NCBI GenBank assembly: GCA_973895155.1
Contig: OZ316894.1
Span: forward strand, 18,824,805 to 18,888,804
Length of the DNA stretch: 64,000 bases
Source of the DNA: Marsupella aquatica
Lineage: Eukaryota > Plantae > Marchantiophyta
Direction of reading: 5' to 3'
This document shows positions 12,377 through 24,800 of this stretch, piece after piece. How positions within the stretch are numbered: the stretch's first letter is position 1; every line of letters begins with the position of its first letter. The position numbers and the translations under genes are program-made. The notes under the pieces are model-generated. The model searched no databases. It saw nothing but the letters and a program-made list of their open reading frames with translations, and was not told where the DNA came from.

Positions 12377-15009
12377 CGTACCAAATTTCAGGACTAGTTC
12401 TCATTCGTTGTATGTAGCATTCGATGGAGCCGTGCAGATCTTGTGAAGATAGAGGAAGGAGTAACCAGGGACTGGCGGGAAGATTTGGGTATCAAGGAAA
12501 GTTGATTATTACGCAGTGAACGTCTTCTTGAGGAACGACACGTCGAGATGGCGGGTGTACATAGATACGGTTCGGGGTCTTGGCTCTGCTTCTTACCGAT
12601 CAAATTCTCTTTCCCTCTCGTTTGCCTGTGGTCAGAGTTGTGTATTGTGACCTTTCAGAGGGTGCCAAGTACCAAGAGAGTTATCGCCTAGCTCTGTTCT
12701 TACGACACGGATGTGGGAAAGTGTTGGTGGTCCTGCTGCTTTCTTTATTGCATGGCATGGAGTGCATGCGTGGACTCAAATTAAGCAAGGTTGTACAGAA
12801 CTGCATGAATTGAAAGCTTGAACTCAAAATTGACCAGACCTTGGCATCCATATAGTTGGGTACATTTGGTGAGCTGAGGAACTGAAATGAGGCTGAAATT
12901 GCAGGGGTTGATAAGACTATCAGTGATATGAGGGACAACTGGAGACTTCCTTTTGGTGGTTTCAACGATTTCGAAGTATCATTACAAGGATGTGACAGAA
13001 AATATTGAGGCTGAAGGATGCGGCAACTTTCAGGGGCTTTGGCACAATGTCCCCCACGGTAAGCCATGAATGCAGCTCGTTGAAGAGGAGATACTGGTTG
13101 CGACAGTTCGTAAAGCTCCTTACCTTCCTACGGATTATGCAGCCGTTTGGTCGATGGAGACTCTTCTGCGTCCTTTGTTTACCCAGCTGGGCGCTATCAC
13201 GACCTACAACGCCAAATTCAGATGGAGCAAAGCCTCCTGTTGAATTTTCTTTCGTAAAGTTTAGTCAATCATAACGCTAAACTTTCTCCTTCGTTGCCTC
13301 AAGTCATGGAGTAGCCTGCTTTCCCTCCGTGGATTTGGGTTTTATTCGATAGGAGGAGGATTTACCACATGCAATAAATCTTGCACCTGTGGCAATGGTC
13401 CGTCTTTCGTTCAATGTGGGGTAGAAGGTGATAAGTTGTCCTTCTCGAAACCTCACTAGTCCTCGGGTCTCTCTGGAGTTCCACTCAGAATAACACACAC
13501 TGTCCAGCACCTCAAATCTGCCAATGAATTTGGGGATCGCTACCACGACCAAGAGATCCTTATCCACGGTCCTGGCTGGAGAACCACGGTAGCCATCTCT
13601 TTGTGACGAATTCTAATGATGATGTACATATTAAACCCAAGGATAGTTTCTTAAGATAAGTTCCAGTGTCTCTAACTGGCAGGTACGTTACTCATTTTGT
13701 GTAATTATGATATTCCAATTAGGTTGCAAATAATATTAGACAGGTTGTAAAGCCCAGAACAATTAACGCATGATAGCCACTCATTCAGAGTTTCTTCTCT
13801 GACTATGGAAGTACAACATTGAAGCGCAGTAATGCGTTGTTATGCAATTGCTCCTCTCTCTCGAATTTATACGTCATGTACACCGTCCTACTGGGAAACG
13901 GCTGTTTCGTAGAGAGTGGCTTCAGTTTTACGGGTATTGGGGATAGTAACAATGACAGTGCTGAGGCACCACTTTGGAAAGTCAGTGCCACTCTTGCCTT
14001 TAGGATGAAAGCGAATGGAGTCTGTATTCCTTGGGTCCTTAAAGCTTACGGCCGATTATCATGCTGAATCACTTCTCGTCCATTAACACAGAAAGAGGAA
14101 TCCCTCGAAACTGAAGAAGATACATGTCTAAATCAAGAGACTGAGCGCCCATTTTAGTTTTAGTCCTCGAAGTCCACCTGTCCTAAACTAGGTGCTTTGG
14201 ATGTGGCCGTGTCTTCTGCTACCGAAGCCACTCCGAGGTACAGACTGTAGGGCCCAAAGACTGCTGGATTTGTGCGGAACCCCTTAATTTTGAAGCAAAA
14301 ACTGGCCAAATCGCAGCAGAAACTGACCCACCAGAGTCCAAAGACGGAACAGCAAGATCTCTGACCCATCCCGGCAAATCATTGTAATCTGCTGGAATGG
14401 AAACCTTTTGGGAAGCTATTCCCAGCGTTTGCAACTTTCCACATTCTACCCGTGGTTTTGCAATCATGCTGTGCTGCAGAACCCATCCTAAGCAATTGTT
14501 GAAATCTGCTTGGTAGGGAAAGCTCATGAAGGTTTTCCAGCATTTGCATAATTCTTCACCTTCACTAGCCTTCTTCACCTTCACTAGCCTTCTTCACCTT
14601 CTGTAGAGGCTAGAAGGTGAATACTTATGTCGTGGTGCACAACTTCTCTGATTTTATTGACTTGCACAATCCACCCAAGTACTGTCAGTTCTCTTGCTTC
14701 TCACTGAGAGTCACGAGCCGTCAATTCCAGCGTTCTGAATGTAGCTTTTCTATGTAGTGCTCTTGACGGAGTGTTACCTGCACCTGAGACCAGGCACTGC
14801 AATAGGGGTTTGCAGCACGAGTAGGTGGAATAGGGTGTCTCAAAGCTTCATAGTTATGATGCTTTTGCCCATAAACAAATGGCCAAAGTTTGGAAGTTAG
14901 GGATGATTGCTTTGGCCATAAACCTCGGCCCATAGCTTTTTCAGGTATGGAATTTTTTACTTTTTTCACTAGCCTCTACAAAGACTTGTGGTCGTGGCAT
15001 ATGACCATT

Positions 15010-17575
15010 TAATTTATCAATTTTTTTCAAATTTGAATTTCATAAACGGCCAGCAAGGGGGCAAAACCACCCAAGCCAAAATGGACACGATGCTAAGGCA
15101 GGGGCTGCAGCCCCCACCACAAAGGGAAAAAAATGTAATCTGGCCATGAGAGCCGGAAGAGCCAACGGAGAGTGGCTACATCCAGAACCCAGCTGGTGCA
15201 GTTCCTATGTAACCTACATAAGTATCTCCAACTCCAAGTGCTACAAGTGCTGGGAAGTTTCAAAAATCTATCTCTCCTACCCTTCTCAGGGAAGTGGCTC
15301 CTCCTAAGGTTAGTGCTGGCAGTCTAACTCTGGCCTTAGTGGTCCCGAACAGGAGAAAAGAGTCTACCACTCTTGCCAAAAAGACCAAAAAAATCAGGCC
15401 TTGCCCTCACACTGCAAGGAGCTAAGCAAAAGGTGTATGGTCAAGATCCATTTCTCTATCCTCAACTATCCTCAAGGGTGTCAAGCTTAAGTGCCTGGGG
15501 GCTCCCAGGGCTTGAGCACCTCATGAAGCCTGCTAAGGGATTTCTGCAGTAGTGTAGCTTTCTTTGGGGATTTACACAAATCCAACATGGATTTAAGATG
15601 GCTCTTGGTCCGTCTCAAAATAACCCATCCTGGCAAGCGCCCAAGAAACTGAGAGTAAGTTTACTATTTCTCTCTTTCCAAATGGTGTTGCAAACTTTGA
15701 GATGAGAACTAGGGGAAAGGGATTCCTTTTGTGCCCCAGGAGAGCCCCCTTGGTCAAGTCAAACAATGAGCCATGAACTGAGGTCAGGACAAGGGAGTGT
15801 TGCAAGAGTTGTCCCACCTCCTGCCATGGCCACAACAACCGGAAAGAATGTGTTCCATGTGTTCAAACTGGAGGTTGCACTGCTCACACAAGCCATCACT
15901 AACACTCCTGTAATTAGGTGATTATTCCAAAAGGAGAGTTAAAGTATCAAAACCATAAATTTTTAAATTTTTAAAGTTTTTATAAGGCCCTTTAAGTTAG
16001 TTTAAGCTCAAATGGGTAAGGATACCATTGGAAGACGTCAAGGCCACCCTGGGTTTTCACATATTAGGCGTCAAGACGGCAAGAAGTTGAAAGAAGATTC
16101 AAAAATGAGGTGCCGGCTTGGACGGCTTCCACACAGGGACGGTCGGGACGGCAACAATTTTTTGCCAAGGACGGCCGACTCCTTCCGCGCTGGCCCGCAT
16201 GAAAAACTTGAGGACGTCTTGGACGGCCTCCACGTAGGGACGTCCGGGATGTCCACCCCGTCACGACCTAACTTGACGTCCGCGCCGGCCTGATCACACT
16301 TTTCTACTTTTCTTCGAGGGACGTCCATGGCGGCCGGCAGTAGGGCGCGAGCTTCGACCCTCCTCCTATTACAGTATGAGATTAGTATTTTATTTTGTAG
16401 ACTTTTACTTAGCTTTGACTATTGACTATCCCTTAGTCAAAGTTGACTTTTATTTTACTTAGCTTAGACTTAGGAAATGAAGAGGCATGTCTCTTCATTC
16501 TCCTTAGCCCGTGGGCGATCTCATGTACTTATTGTGATACCAGTCTCATTTTGAGACAGTGTGGATAGTTATTTGCATCTCCTCATCTTGGAATTTTGTC
16601 CCTTGTACGTGTAATGCAATTTTTCAAGGAAGATTTGTATACCTTGGAATTTGATTACTTGTGCTAGGGGTTTACCCCTCCTTTGTATGGTAATGCATGT
16701 TGCAATTGCTGTAAGAAGTAAAACCCTTAAAAATACAGTTTGTGGAATGTATTAGAAGATCCGTTGGTCGGTGCCTAATCCAAACTTTGTTGTCCATTTC
16801 TGTATTTATATGAAGGACTTATCTTTGGAAGATAAGTATTGCATGTAATCAAGAAAGAGAAATCTATATGTTAAGAAGTAGCGACATTCTTAATTCACAG
16901 ATTTGAAGTACCATTGTGGTATACTGAATGTGCATTAGTTTTTCTTTGGAATTGCGCATCACTGAAAAATGAAACATGTTGCCGGCATTTTAATGATACA
17001 CTACTATACACACAATCCGAAACTTATCTTGGGTTTTGTGAGCATAGACACTTCTTAAACTTAGATTTATGATAGCAACCTAGAGAGCAGTTATAGCAAG
17101 GTTATGTTTGACTTGTCAACGTCTCAAATAATGCCATAGCTCTTTCTTAAGACATGGTGACGGAGTCAAACATCGCTAAACTATACCTCTAAAAGCTCTA
17201 AGATTCTATTATTCAGCAAATGTCACTTTTGTTCTTATTTTGTTAATTGTTTGTGTTTTTTTTAAGATTCTATTTTTCTTATAGATGTTGAGTACCATCT
17301 CTAAACCACTCAAAACACTTTAAAACATCTTTTCATCCGATTCTTGTTCTTCCACGGGAACGAACACCGAGTTTTTAGCATATGTTTGATGATATTTGCT
17401 TTTTTTAGCATACGACAACTCCAGTGGTTGGCTCTCCCGTTCGTGAAGAATCCATGATTAAGTAGTCTACATATGAAGGAACAAACTCTTCTATTACTAG
17501 AATTACTAAAAGTAAAAATCTCTCATGTCTGTTTCCAGACAACAACTTTTCCTTGAAATAGTTTTTAGTTTATTT
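15010..17575 (-). mobile_element. Decayed LINE 3' fragment (zf-RVT region) interrupted by a solo LTR
   Basis: With 15909-17417 and one TSD copy removed, the minus strand reads CRLLNHGFFTNGRANHWSVSDGLCEQCNLQFEHMEHILSGC, a zf-RVT CxxC..E..H...C pattern. Outer boundaries are approximate. Confidence 0.75.
15909..17417 (+). mobile_element. Solo LTR, 1509 bp, with 5-bp TSD
   Basis: Starts TGTAAT and ends CGACA. Flanked by ACTCC at 15904-15908 and 17418-17422. Excision restores the LINE reading frame. Orientation is inferred. Confidence 0.88.
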
Positions 17576-17627
17576 AATGTGGGCCACAAAACCCAGTGGC
17601 AAGGGGGAAACAAGCCAGGCTCACACA

Positions 17628-18071
17628 CTTACTATAAAAGCGCGAACAAAGTCTACTCTTAAGGGCCTAGGGTCTAGAGTGAAGCCTCTAGACCGTAACC
17701 CCAGTACAGACAAAAGTGATCATGAATCTCAATTAAAAAACATTTTAAATAAGGATTAACGAAATAACATAGAAATATTATTGTGCAAGATTTCTTTTCT
17801 TCATATCTGTTTATGTTCAAGGAACGGGTAATCGCGGGGGTAATCGGGCTAGTCTTACTATAAAAGCGCGAACTAACTAAAGTCTACTCTTAAGGGCCTA
17901 GGGTCTAGAGTGAAGCCTCTAGACTGTAACCCCAGTACAGACAAAAGTGATCATGAATCTAAATTAAAAAACACTTAAAATGAGGATTAACTAAATAGCA
18001 TAGAAATATTATTGTGCAAGATTTCTTTTCTTCATATCCGTTTACGTTCAAGGAATGGGTAATCGGGCTAG
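17628..18071 (+). mobile_element. Head-to-tail dimer of a ~220-bp non-autonomous Helitron
   Basis: Two near-identical units start (T)CTTACTATAAAAGCGCG and end GGGTAATCGGGCTAG. The junction is CTAG|TC at 17852/17853, and the outer flanks are A and T. Confidence 0.8.
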
Positions 18072-19480
18072 TGAAACCAAACCAGCCGGCCCAAGAGAGG
18101 GCTGAAACAGTAACACACTGATCTAACTGATATTGCCATCCCAACAAGGGTTTCACCGAGTGCCCCAAGTGACTCAAAATGGGTGTACCCAGAAGGCCGG
18201 GGCGTTCAGATCATCCCTATCAACAGTCTACTAGGATTCACAGGACCTCCCTGGGTCTCGTCTGGAGGTAATCCACACGTGGTGGCAGTGCAACCACGCA
18301 ATTCTTTCCTGATTAATGATCTCCTTCACACAAAGCAATCTAGAGTGGCGCCTCCCAGGAGACACACACAGGCCAACTGTTGTCACATGCATGATCAACA
18401 GCTTCTGCAAGAATAAATCTAAGGCCAAATTTCCTACAACCATTAACCTGAAACATCTGTGCATTACGGGCTAGCCACAATGATCAGAGGATCTGATAAA
18501 AAAACAAACAGTTTTGCTACTATGTAAGGGTCCATTCTCATAGTCAATTCATTCAGCTTTAGGAGCTTGTCCGAGTAGTTAACAAAGGTGCCTTGGAAGC
18601 ATCCAGCTCCCAATGCCCAGGATCTTCTAGCATGCACACATTGAGCAAACAGGTGAGGAATAGTTTCAATAACCCCGCTGCACAGTTTATAGTGCCCATT
18701 CCCTTTACCAATTTGAACTGCTCGCACTCCAGTAAACAACCCTGAGGCCAGAACTCTCCAAATAATAGTTTTTGCCCGTGAGGACAAGTTTGACCACCAT
18801 AAGGTACTCCAGCTCTTGTTCCATTCACCTTCAGTTTTGGTGCTGCCCCAGGTACTGTTCAGATCGACATGATCCCCTACGGCCGGGCAAATGAGAGTAT
18901 AGGCCCTCCGGTTATTGATTCTAAAGAATGTTAGGGGGTCCATTCTGTCTGCCCAACACCAATTGTCGGGACCAGGCTTATGAGTCACACTGCAGCCTTC
19001 AATTCCCTTACCTTCCGCAAAAATACCCTGCAGCAATCCCTTGCTTGTAGAGTGAATCCTCTGAGATGCCCCAGTAATCCCTCCAGGTGGCGCCATTCAC
19101 TTAATTTGCTAGACCAGAGATCCTGAATACATCGAATACCCAGACGACCACACATCACCGTTACCACTGCAAAGTCCTTGTTGGGCCAGGACTGAAATCC
19201 TTTAAGGCAGCGTAGAGTGCCATTTACATTCTACCTCCCTGGCATCAAATGAGATGGCAAAAAAATCAAGTGTGCAAGAAGCTGGGTCCAGGCTTTCCAG
19301 AGCCCCCCAGTGTAAGCTAATCCGTTAAACGAGCGTGGACAGCACAACAACATCTTGTCTTGGAAAGAGTACTTGTTCCTGCGAATCAGTTTGAAGTTCA
19401 TCCATCCAACCAGCCTAAGGTTTTCAGCAAAAAGGCTGGCCCAAACTGTCTTGGGGAAGTCGAGAGAACAACTTTTAACA
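18072..19480 (-). mobile_element. Decayed LINE ORF2 C-terminal fragment (zf-RVT)
   Basis: ORF 18464-19096 has WNKSWSTLWWSNLSSRAKTIIWRVLASGLFTG..LCSGVIETIPHLFAQC. Adjacent frames are broken by stops and frameshifts. Confidence 0.8.
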
Positions 19481-19489
19481 GCCATTGTT

Positions 19490-19720
19490 TTTATTGTATA
19501 TATTTATTGTATATTCTCACCTTGGTAATTTTATTTTTTCCACAGATTATGCCAAAGCTTACTCCATTCTCTCTCATTCCTTTCTCCGCCCCATATTCTG
19601 TTAAGTCTACATATCTTTGATCCTTGTGGTCTTAGCAGCTGATACACTCTCCTGTTGTCAATCCTAAATTCTCTCATCCTATCTTCACTATCCACCCATT
19701 GCCAGAACTCAGGTTTTGTC
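19490..19720 (-). mobile_element. Additional short LINE fragment
   Basis: RRVYQLL..RLNRIWG..EWSKLWHNLWK resembles the segment preceding zf-RVT in the neighbouring LINE. Confidence 0.55.
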
Positions 19721-21367
19721 TCCTTGGTTACTTTCTTGAACTTGTCATCTTTATATAAAACCTTTGCAATGGTAGTATTATCAATTTGAACATTTTTAAT
19801 GACAAAGTAATTAATAGTTGTTCCAGAGAATACAAAAAGCATGTTAGTATTATCAATTTGAACATGTTTAATTGCTATATACGTTGTTGGTGCACGAGCC
19901 TTACCTCAGTCTGGTTTTTAGGGGCATTAGGGCATATAAAAGGACAGCTGTAACTTAGTTAGGGATCAGGCCATAAAACAATGTTATGGCCAAGACAAAA
20001 TTGCTATGGGCTACCAAAATAAGTACCCCATAAGGGTAATATGTAAACCATAAATAAAGCCATAACCAAACTGAGAACTTTGACACGCCCTATTATATCA
20101 CTCTAAACAAAACAGGACATTGCTATATAGGTTGTGTTGGTGCACTAGCCTTACCTCTCGTTTGCTCTCTCACATCTCACACTGCTATAATGGCGAATGC
20201 AACTTATAGTATTTTGTCTTATTCAAACTTCTTTTATTATGCATTTTTATTTCAATGTGTCTTACCAAGGTGCATCCAATGTATAGTTTAGATTTCCAAT
20301 TTATTCTTTGCTATATATTAAGAACATCCACTCTGTAACAAAGTTCGTTGAATTTCTAGCCTTTATTCTCATGAGTACAGAAAGAAATGATCTCAATAAT
20401 GTGCACACCTTATGTCTTTAAGTACTACTCATGGTTTTGTGTGCTAAATTTATGGGTTTGTATTATTTTGAGTGTCATTACCTAAAGTAAGTATTTAGAA
20501 ATATTACACTGTCTTGAAGCTCTCTCCGGCAATCGGGACTCCCGATTTCTTCTCGTGTCCTGTGCGACTTCTCCCTGCGGACAAGGGACCTGCGGACGGA
20601 CAAACGAGCAACAAGTTTGTTAGAGAGAGCCCTCACTTCGCTCGGGAATAGGTGGGTTCTTTCGTTGTGAGTTGCGAAGGTAGGATTCGGTGGTGTGGTG
20701 GCGCGACTGCCTTGTTGGAGGCTGTGAGAACTGCAGCGGAGTGATTTGGTCACTTGAAAGGTATGGTCTGCGTTCTTTCCTGCCGTCGGTTGTCTGTGTG
20801 TGATGAGTTTTACGTTGAAGTAATTTGGTTTGCGACCTAGGGAAGGAGTGAGATCTCCCCATCTTCTTGTTTCGAACTTGGTCCTGCGTTCCAATACAGT
20901 ATAAACCCTACCAGCCTTTCGTGTACTTACCTGTTCAATTTCAGAACGATTTAGATAGCAGTGATCAACGATGTTTGACCCCGTAAGGATCAGTAAATTA
21001 GTATGATGTTCGCCTAGAAAAATACTAGGCTCGTGTAAAGGAGGCGATTCTGTTCATGAGTTCTGTCAAAATGAACAATGGGTCATTTGATCATTCTCAT
21101 AGAGAAAGACTTGAATCTTGGAGCAAGAACTAGGGAATATAAGCCATGGAGTCGATGGGTGCATCCAATCATTTTTTCTTCTTTTTATAATAGGATAGAA
21201 ATGGAACTCTGTAGACATCATTAGCAGACAGAATTCTCCCTAATGTTTTCTTTCTTGAGTCGGAATGCTTCGACTGGGATTCTGGTATTCTAGCAAGTCT
21301 CTCATGTCACCGCATTTGGAATGATCTCTGTCTGCCGCTGTGCAGGTTTGAGCTTCAGTCGGTGGCA

Positions 21368-21811
21368 ATGTCGGACACACAATTATTTGTAGACATTTTC
21401 ACTGTGGTTGGACTGGATCCGGATGGCAAAAAGTGGGACAGGGTGAAGCGAATCGTAGCACGCAGTGAGCAATTTGATATGGAGCTGATGCTGGATGTTA
21501 ACACTGATATTTATCCAATGCATATGGATGAGAAATTCATGCTTGCGATAGCCACCACCCTGAGTTTGGATGGAACTCCTGACGACGGATTCTTTGACCA
21601 GAGCGGAAGAAAAAGCCTAGCTGACAAGTATGAATATGTAATGTATGGTAAGCTGTACAAGTACAGTGAAGTTGAGCAAGGTGGTGCCAGCAAAGTGGAA
21701 ATATACATTTCCTATGGCGGCCTTTTGATGATGTTGAAGGGGGATCCTAACAATCTGAACCTCTTCCAAGTTGATCAGCGCTTGTATCTTCTAATTAGAA
21801 AGGTCCACTGA
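21368..21811 (+). CDS. NRPB8: RNA polymerase I-V shared subunit RPB8 (RPABC3); single coding exon, probable 5'UTR intron ending at 21345
   Basis: ATG at 21368 gives 147 aa with LFVDIFTV..DPDGKKWDRVKRI..LDVNTDIYP..SLADKYEYVMYGKLY..YISYGGLLMMLKGD. Acceptor gtgcag lies just upstream. Confidence 0.96.
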   Translation: MSDTQLFVDIFTVVGLDPDGKKWDRVKRIVARSEQFDMELMLDVNTDIYPMHMDEKFMLAIATTLSLDGTPDDGFFDQSGRKSLADKYEYVMYGKLYKYSEVEQGGASKVEIYISYGGLLMMLKGDPNNLNLFQVDQRLYLLIRKVH

Positions 21812-24800
21812 GAAGCCTTTGACAGATATCTTCTGCGGCGTGCCTTGATGATATGCAAACGAGCATCTAGCGAACTGAACTCCTTTTAGAATGATCAGCG
21901 ATTATATCTTTTTGAAATTATGGTGGTGTCCAATATGAGGGTTTGACGACGTGGGCCCTCCACAGAGCAGTCGACAGGACAAGTTTTGAATATGTAGATA
22001 GCAGACCCTTACAATCTGAGTCCCTTGGGGTTGTTGTGGCTTTTGTTACAAGAAAGGATTGATGATGTCGATCACTAAGGTTGAACCAGATGGGTGCTGT
22101 GAATTGCATCTTTCTGGAATCTTTTTACGGTCACCACTTCTCTCACTTGTCCTGAATATATCTGATAATGCAAGTTTGAGTCCGTGGAGTTTTTGAGCCA
22201 GGTCAGGGATACTAGTCATGGCCAACTCTGATTGTGTATGTGGCATCTGTGGGATTGTAAGTTTGGGGCCTGGTAGTTGATGATGGTGTAGCCTTTTTCG
22301 GAGCTAGGACGATTATTGGGTTGCCAAGGTTAACGCTGATCAGTTGGTTTATCCCCGAGGTCCTTCATAGTCGCCAAGCAGTGTCTCTGGTCACGACCAA
22401 GGAAAGGTGTTTTGGGTGATTATCCGAACCTTGCATTGACAGAACAACTACCGCCACCCGGGATTTAGTGTACAAGTAAATTTATTCATGCGTTCTGAAT
22501 TTTGACACCATAGAACTCTGTTACACTTCACTGTACAGATTGGCAAAATATAAGTTTACAATAGAACAGAATGGTCATATAGTTCCTTACTTGACCCAGA
22601 AAGCGCCTTCTCCAAGTCCTGAATGTGGTCAGGCCTTGAAATAGCAGGAACTGATCTGAACGAAAAATGCCGAGGACAAATTAAGAGAAGAATTGGAAAA
22701 AAAGATCTGAGCGTGCCGGGAGAACTTGAAGCATGAAGATTGAAATCAAAGACGAGAGGAATGAAGCAAAACAGCAGCGGTTTGGATGATACAAGGACTT
22801 CATAGTGCAGATGGGACGGCAACAGCACTAGAGCAACGTAGTACGATTCAATATTGTTGGACCGGTAAATTTGTCCATCAAATTGACAACAAAAACCAAA
22901 ACAACAGCATCAAAGCCAAAAGTAGTGCAGGCATGACATGTTCCTTATTTTGGTTGTAGTTTTGAAGGCCTTCACTTACTTCAATTTGTACCTGGCCCGG
23001 CTTTCCAGTACACTGACATTCATACGAACCAAAATGGCAATGCAATTTAACCATCTTGATTCTCAAAATCGCCAAATCAAGCAGAACTTCAATTTGTACC
23101 TGGGTCAGGTTGTCCAGTACATTCACATTCAATATACAAACCAAGATGAAATGCTTTGTCCTTGGTGGCTTCTCAGACTCTTGTTTGTGATTTGTCTCTT
23201 CTGGTGCCCTCTTTATTTTTGGTGCCTCTAAAGCCTATGAAAGGGGCATTCCTTGTCCTTTGTGTGTTGGCGTTTGACTGTTTGTTGAAGTTTCTCTGTT
23301 AGTTTGGCCCCTTCCATCAACTTTTTTTTTCAGACACTAAGTTTAACAATAAGTTTCACTCAACTACATTTGAGGCGCGTGCATTCCACTTTAGTGAAGC
23401 ATCTCGAATTCACTTTTCAAAAGAATGATTCCAGTCGCGCGTCCAAAGTCCAGGTCGAGCAAACAAAAGAATTTTATTTTTTTCTCCTCAAATGCGGTTC
23501 TTCTGTTTTTCTCTCCCAGAGGTGCAACGTTATCCAATAAGCGTGACATGGTAGAATCTCACGGTGTAGTTCAACAAAAGTGGATGACACAAAGTGGAGC
23601 ATGCTTCATGAACCAACTTCAATCTCCGGTGGGGTGAGGTGCTGAGCTAACAAAGACTGACAGGTAGAATGATCCTGGCCAGCTACTGTACTAAGCCATC
23701 CAACAATACATATCTGCCTGTGTCATGAGGAAAATGTGGTATCCAAACGGTGGCTATGTCTTTCCCGAATCACTCAAATGTTGGCTAGCTGACTACCATT
23801 TTAATACATCAAGTACAAATGGTATTCCTAATCTCTGATAAAGGATATGAAAAATTAAGTGATTATACGTACGTAGCTAAGGTTTTGTAGTGGCCAGCCA
23901 GCTACTCCATGATACTTATTTTCTACCTCAGTCTCCTTTTCGTTAAAATTTCCTCTTTATTCTATGTCGGTGGAGGTTTCCCCGAGGCTGGCGTCTGACT
24001 TCCGATTTCTCCTCTGACTTGCAGTTGTAACCCCTCTCTTTGCCATGGATGTATTAACAGCTCTTCATAATCCTAGTTTATTTTGAGAAGGGAATCGCTT
24101 TTCAGCAAGCTGCGTGATTAGCTTTAAGCGGGGAAAACCTTGATTTACATTTTTGTATTTTTACATAATGTGCACTATTATAAGCGTTATTGCATCTAAC
24201 ACATGCCACTCGTTTGAGCTATAGTTTGAAACAAAAACCATTATTTATACTGGCAAGAATAAAATTTTGAGCAAGCCAGCATCGGTCCGTAGCCTCCACT
24301 GGCAGAATGATTAATGAGTCTCTTACGCCTCTTACAACAAACACCTCACATACTACTGTTGCTTTTCAAACAGGCAGAAAGACAAAGTAGAAAAGGCAAT
24401 CCATCGCACAGAAAAAAAAGGGCAATCCATCTCATATCCGCAGCAAGGTGCCTTTCATGCGCTCCCCGGACAGTACCAACCATTGCCAACAGTACTCGAT
24501 AGTCACTGCTCACTGGTATTCAGGCTAGCAAAAAGTGGCTAAGCGGATTCTCTTCGAGCAGGTACCATAGCAAGTGTACCTGCTCTATTTCCGTTCCTCC
24601 TGGAAGGCTTATCAATTCTCGATACTTTTGGTGATGGCGGAAGAAATTTGAATGTTGAACTGGAATAGCAACTCAGAATAGTTTCACACGAAAATCGTTT
24701 TACACTGACATTTAGGAACTCAATGGAAAGTGGCGGGATCGAATTCACAACTCAGTCTCTAAAACCGGTCTACAGCTAGCAATATCCTCTCTGATTGAAC

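Noticed and set aside
14602-14980. MITE bounded by 12-bp inverted repeat tgtagaggctag / ctagcctctaca
   Set aside because: No TSD, and the left copy is embedded in a local tandem repeat, so boundaries are unsupported.
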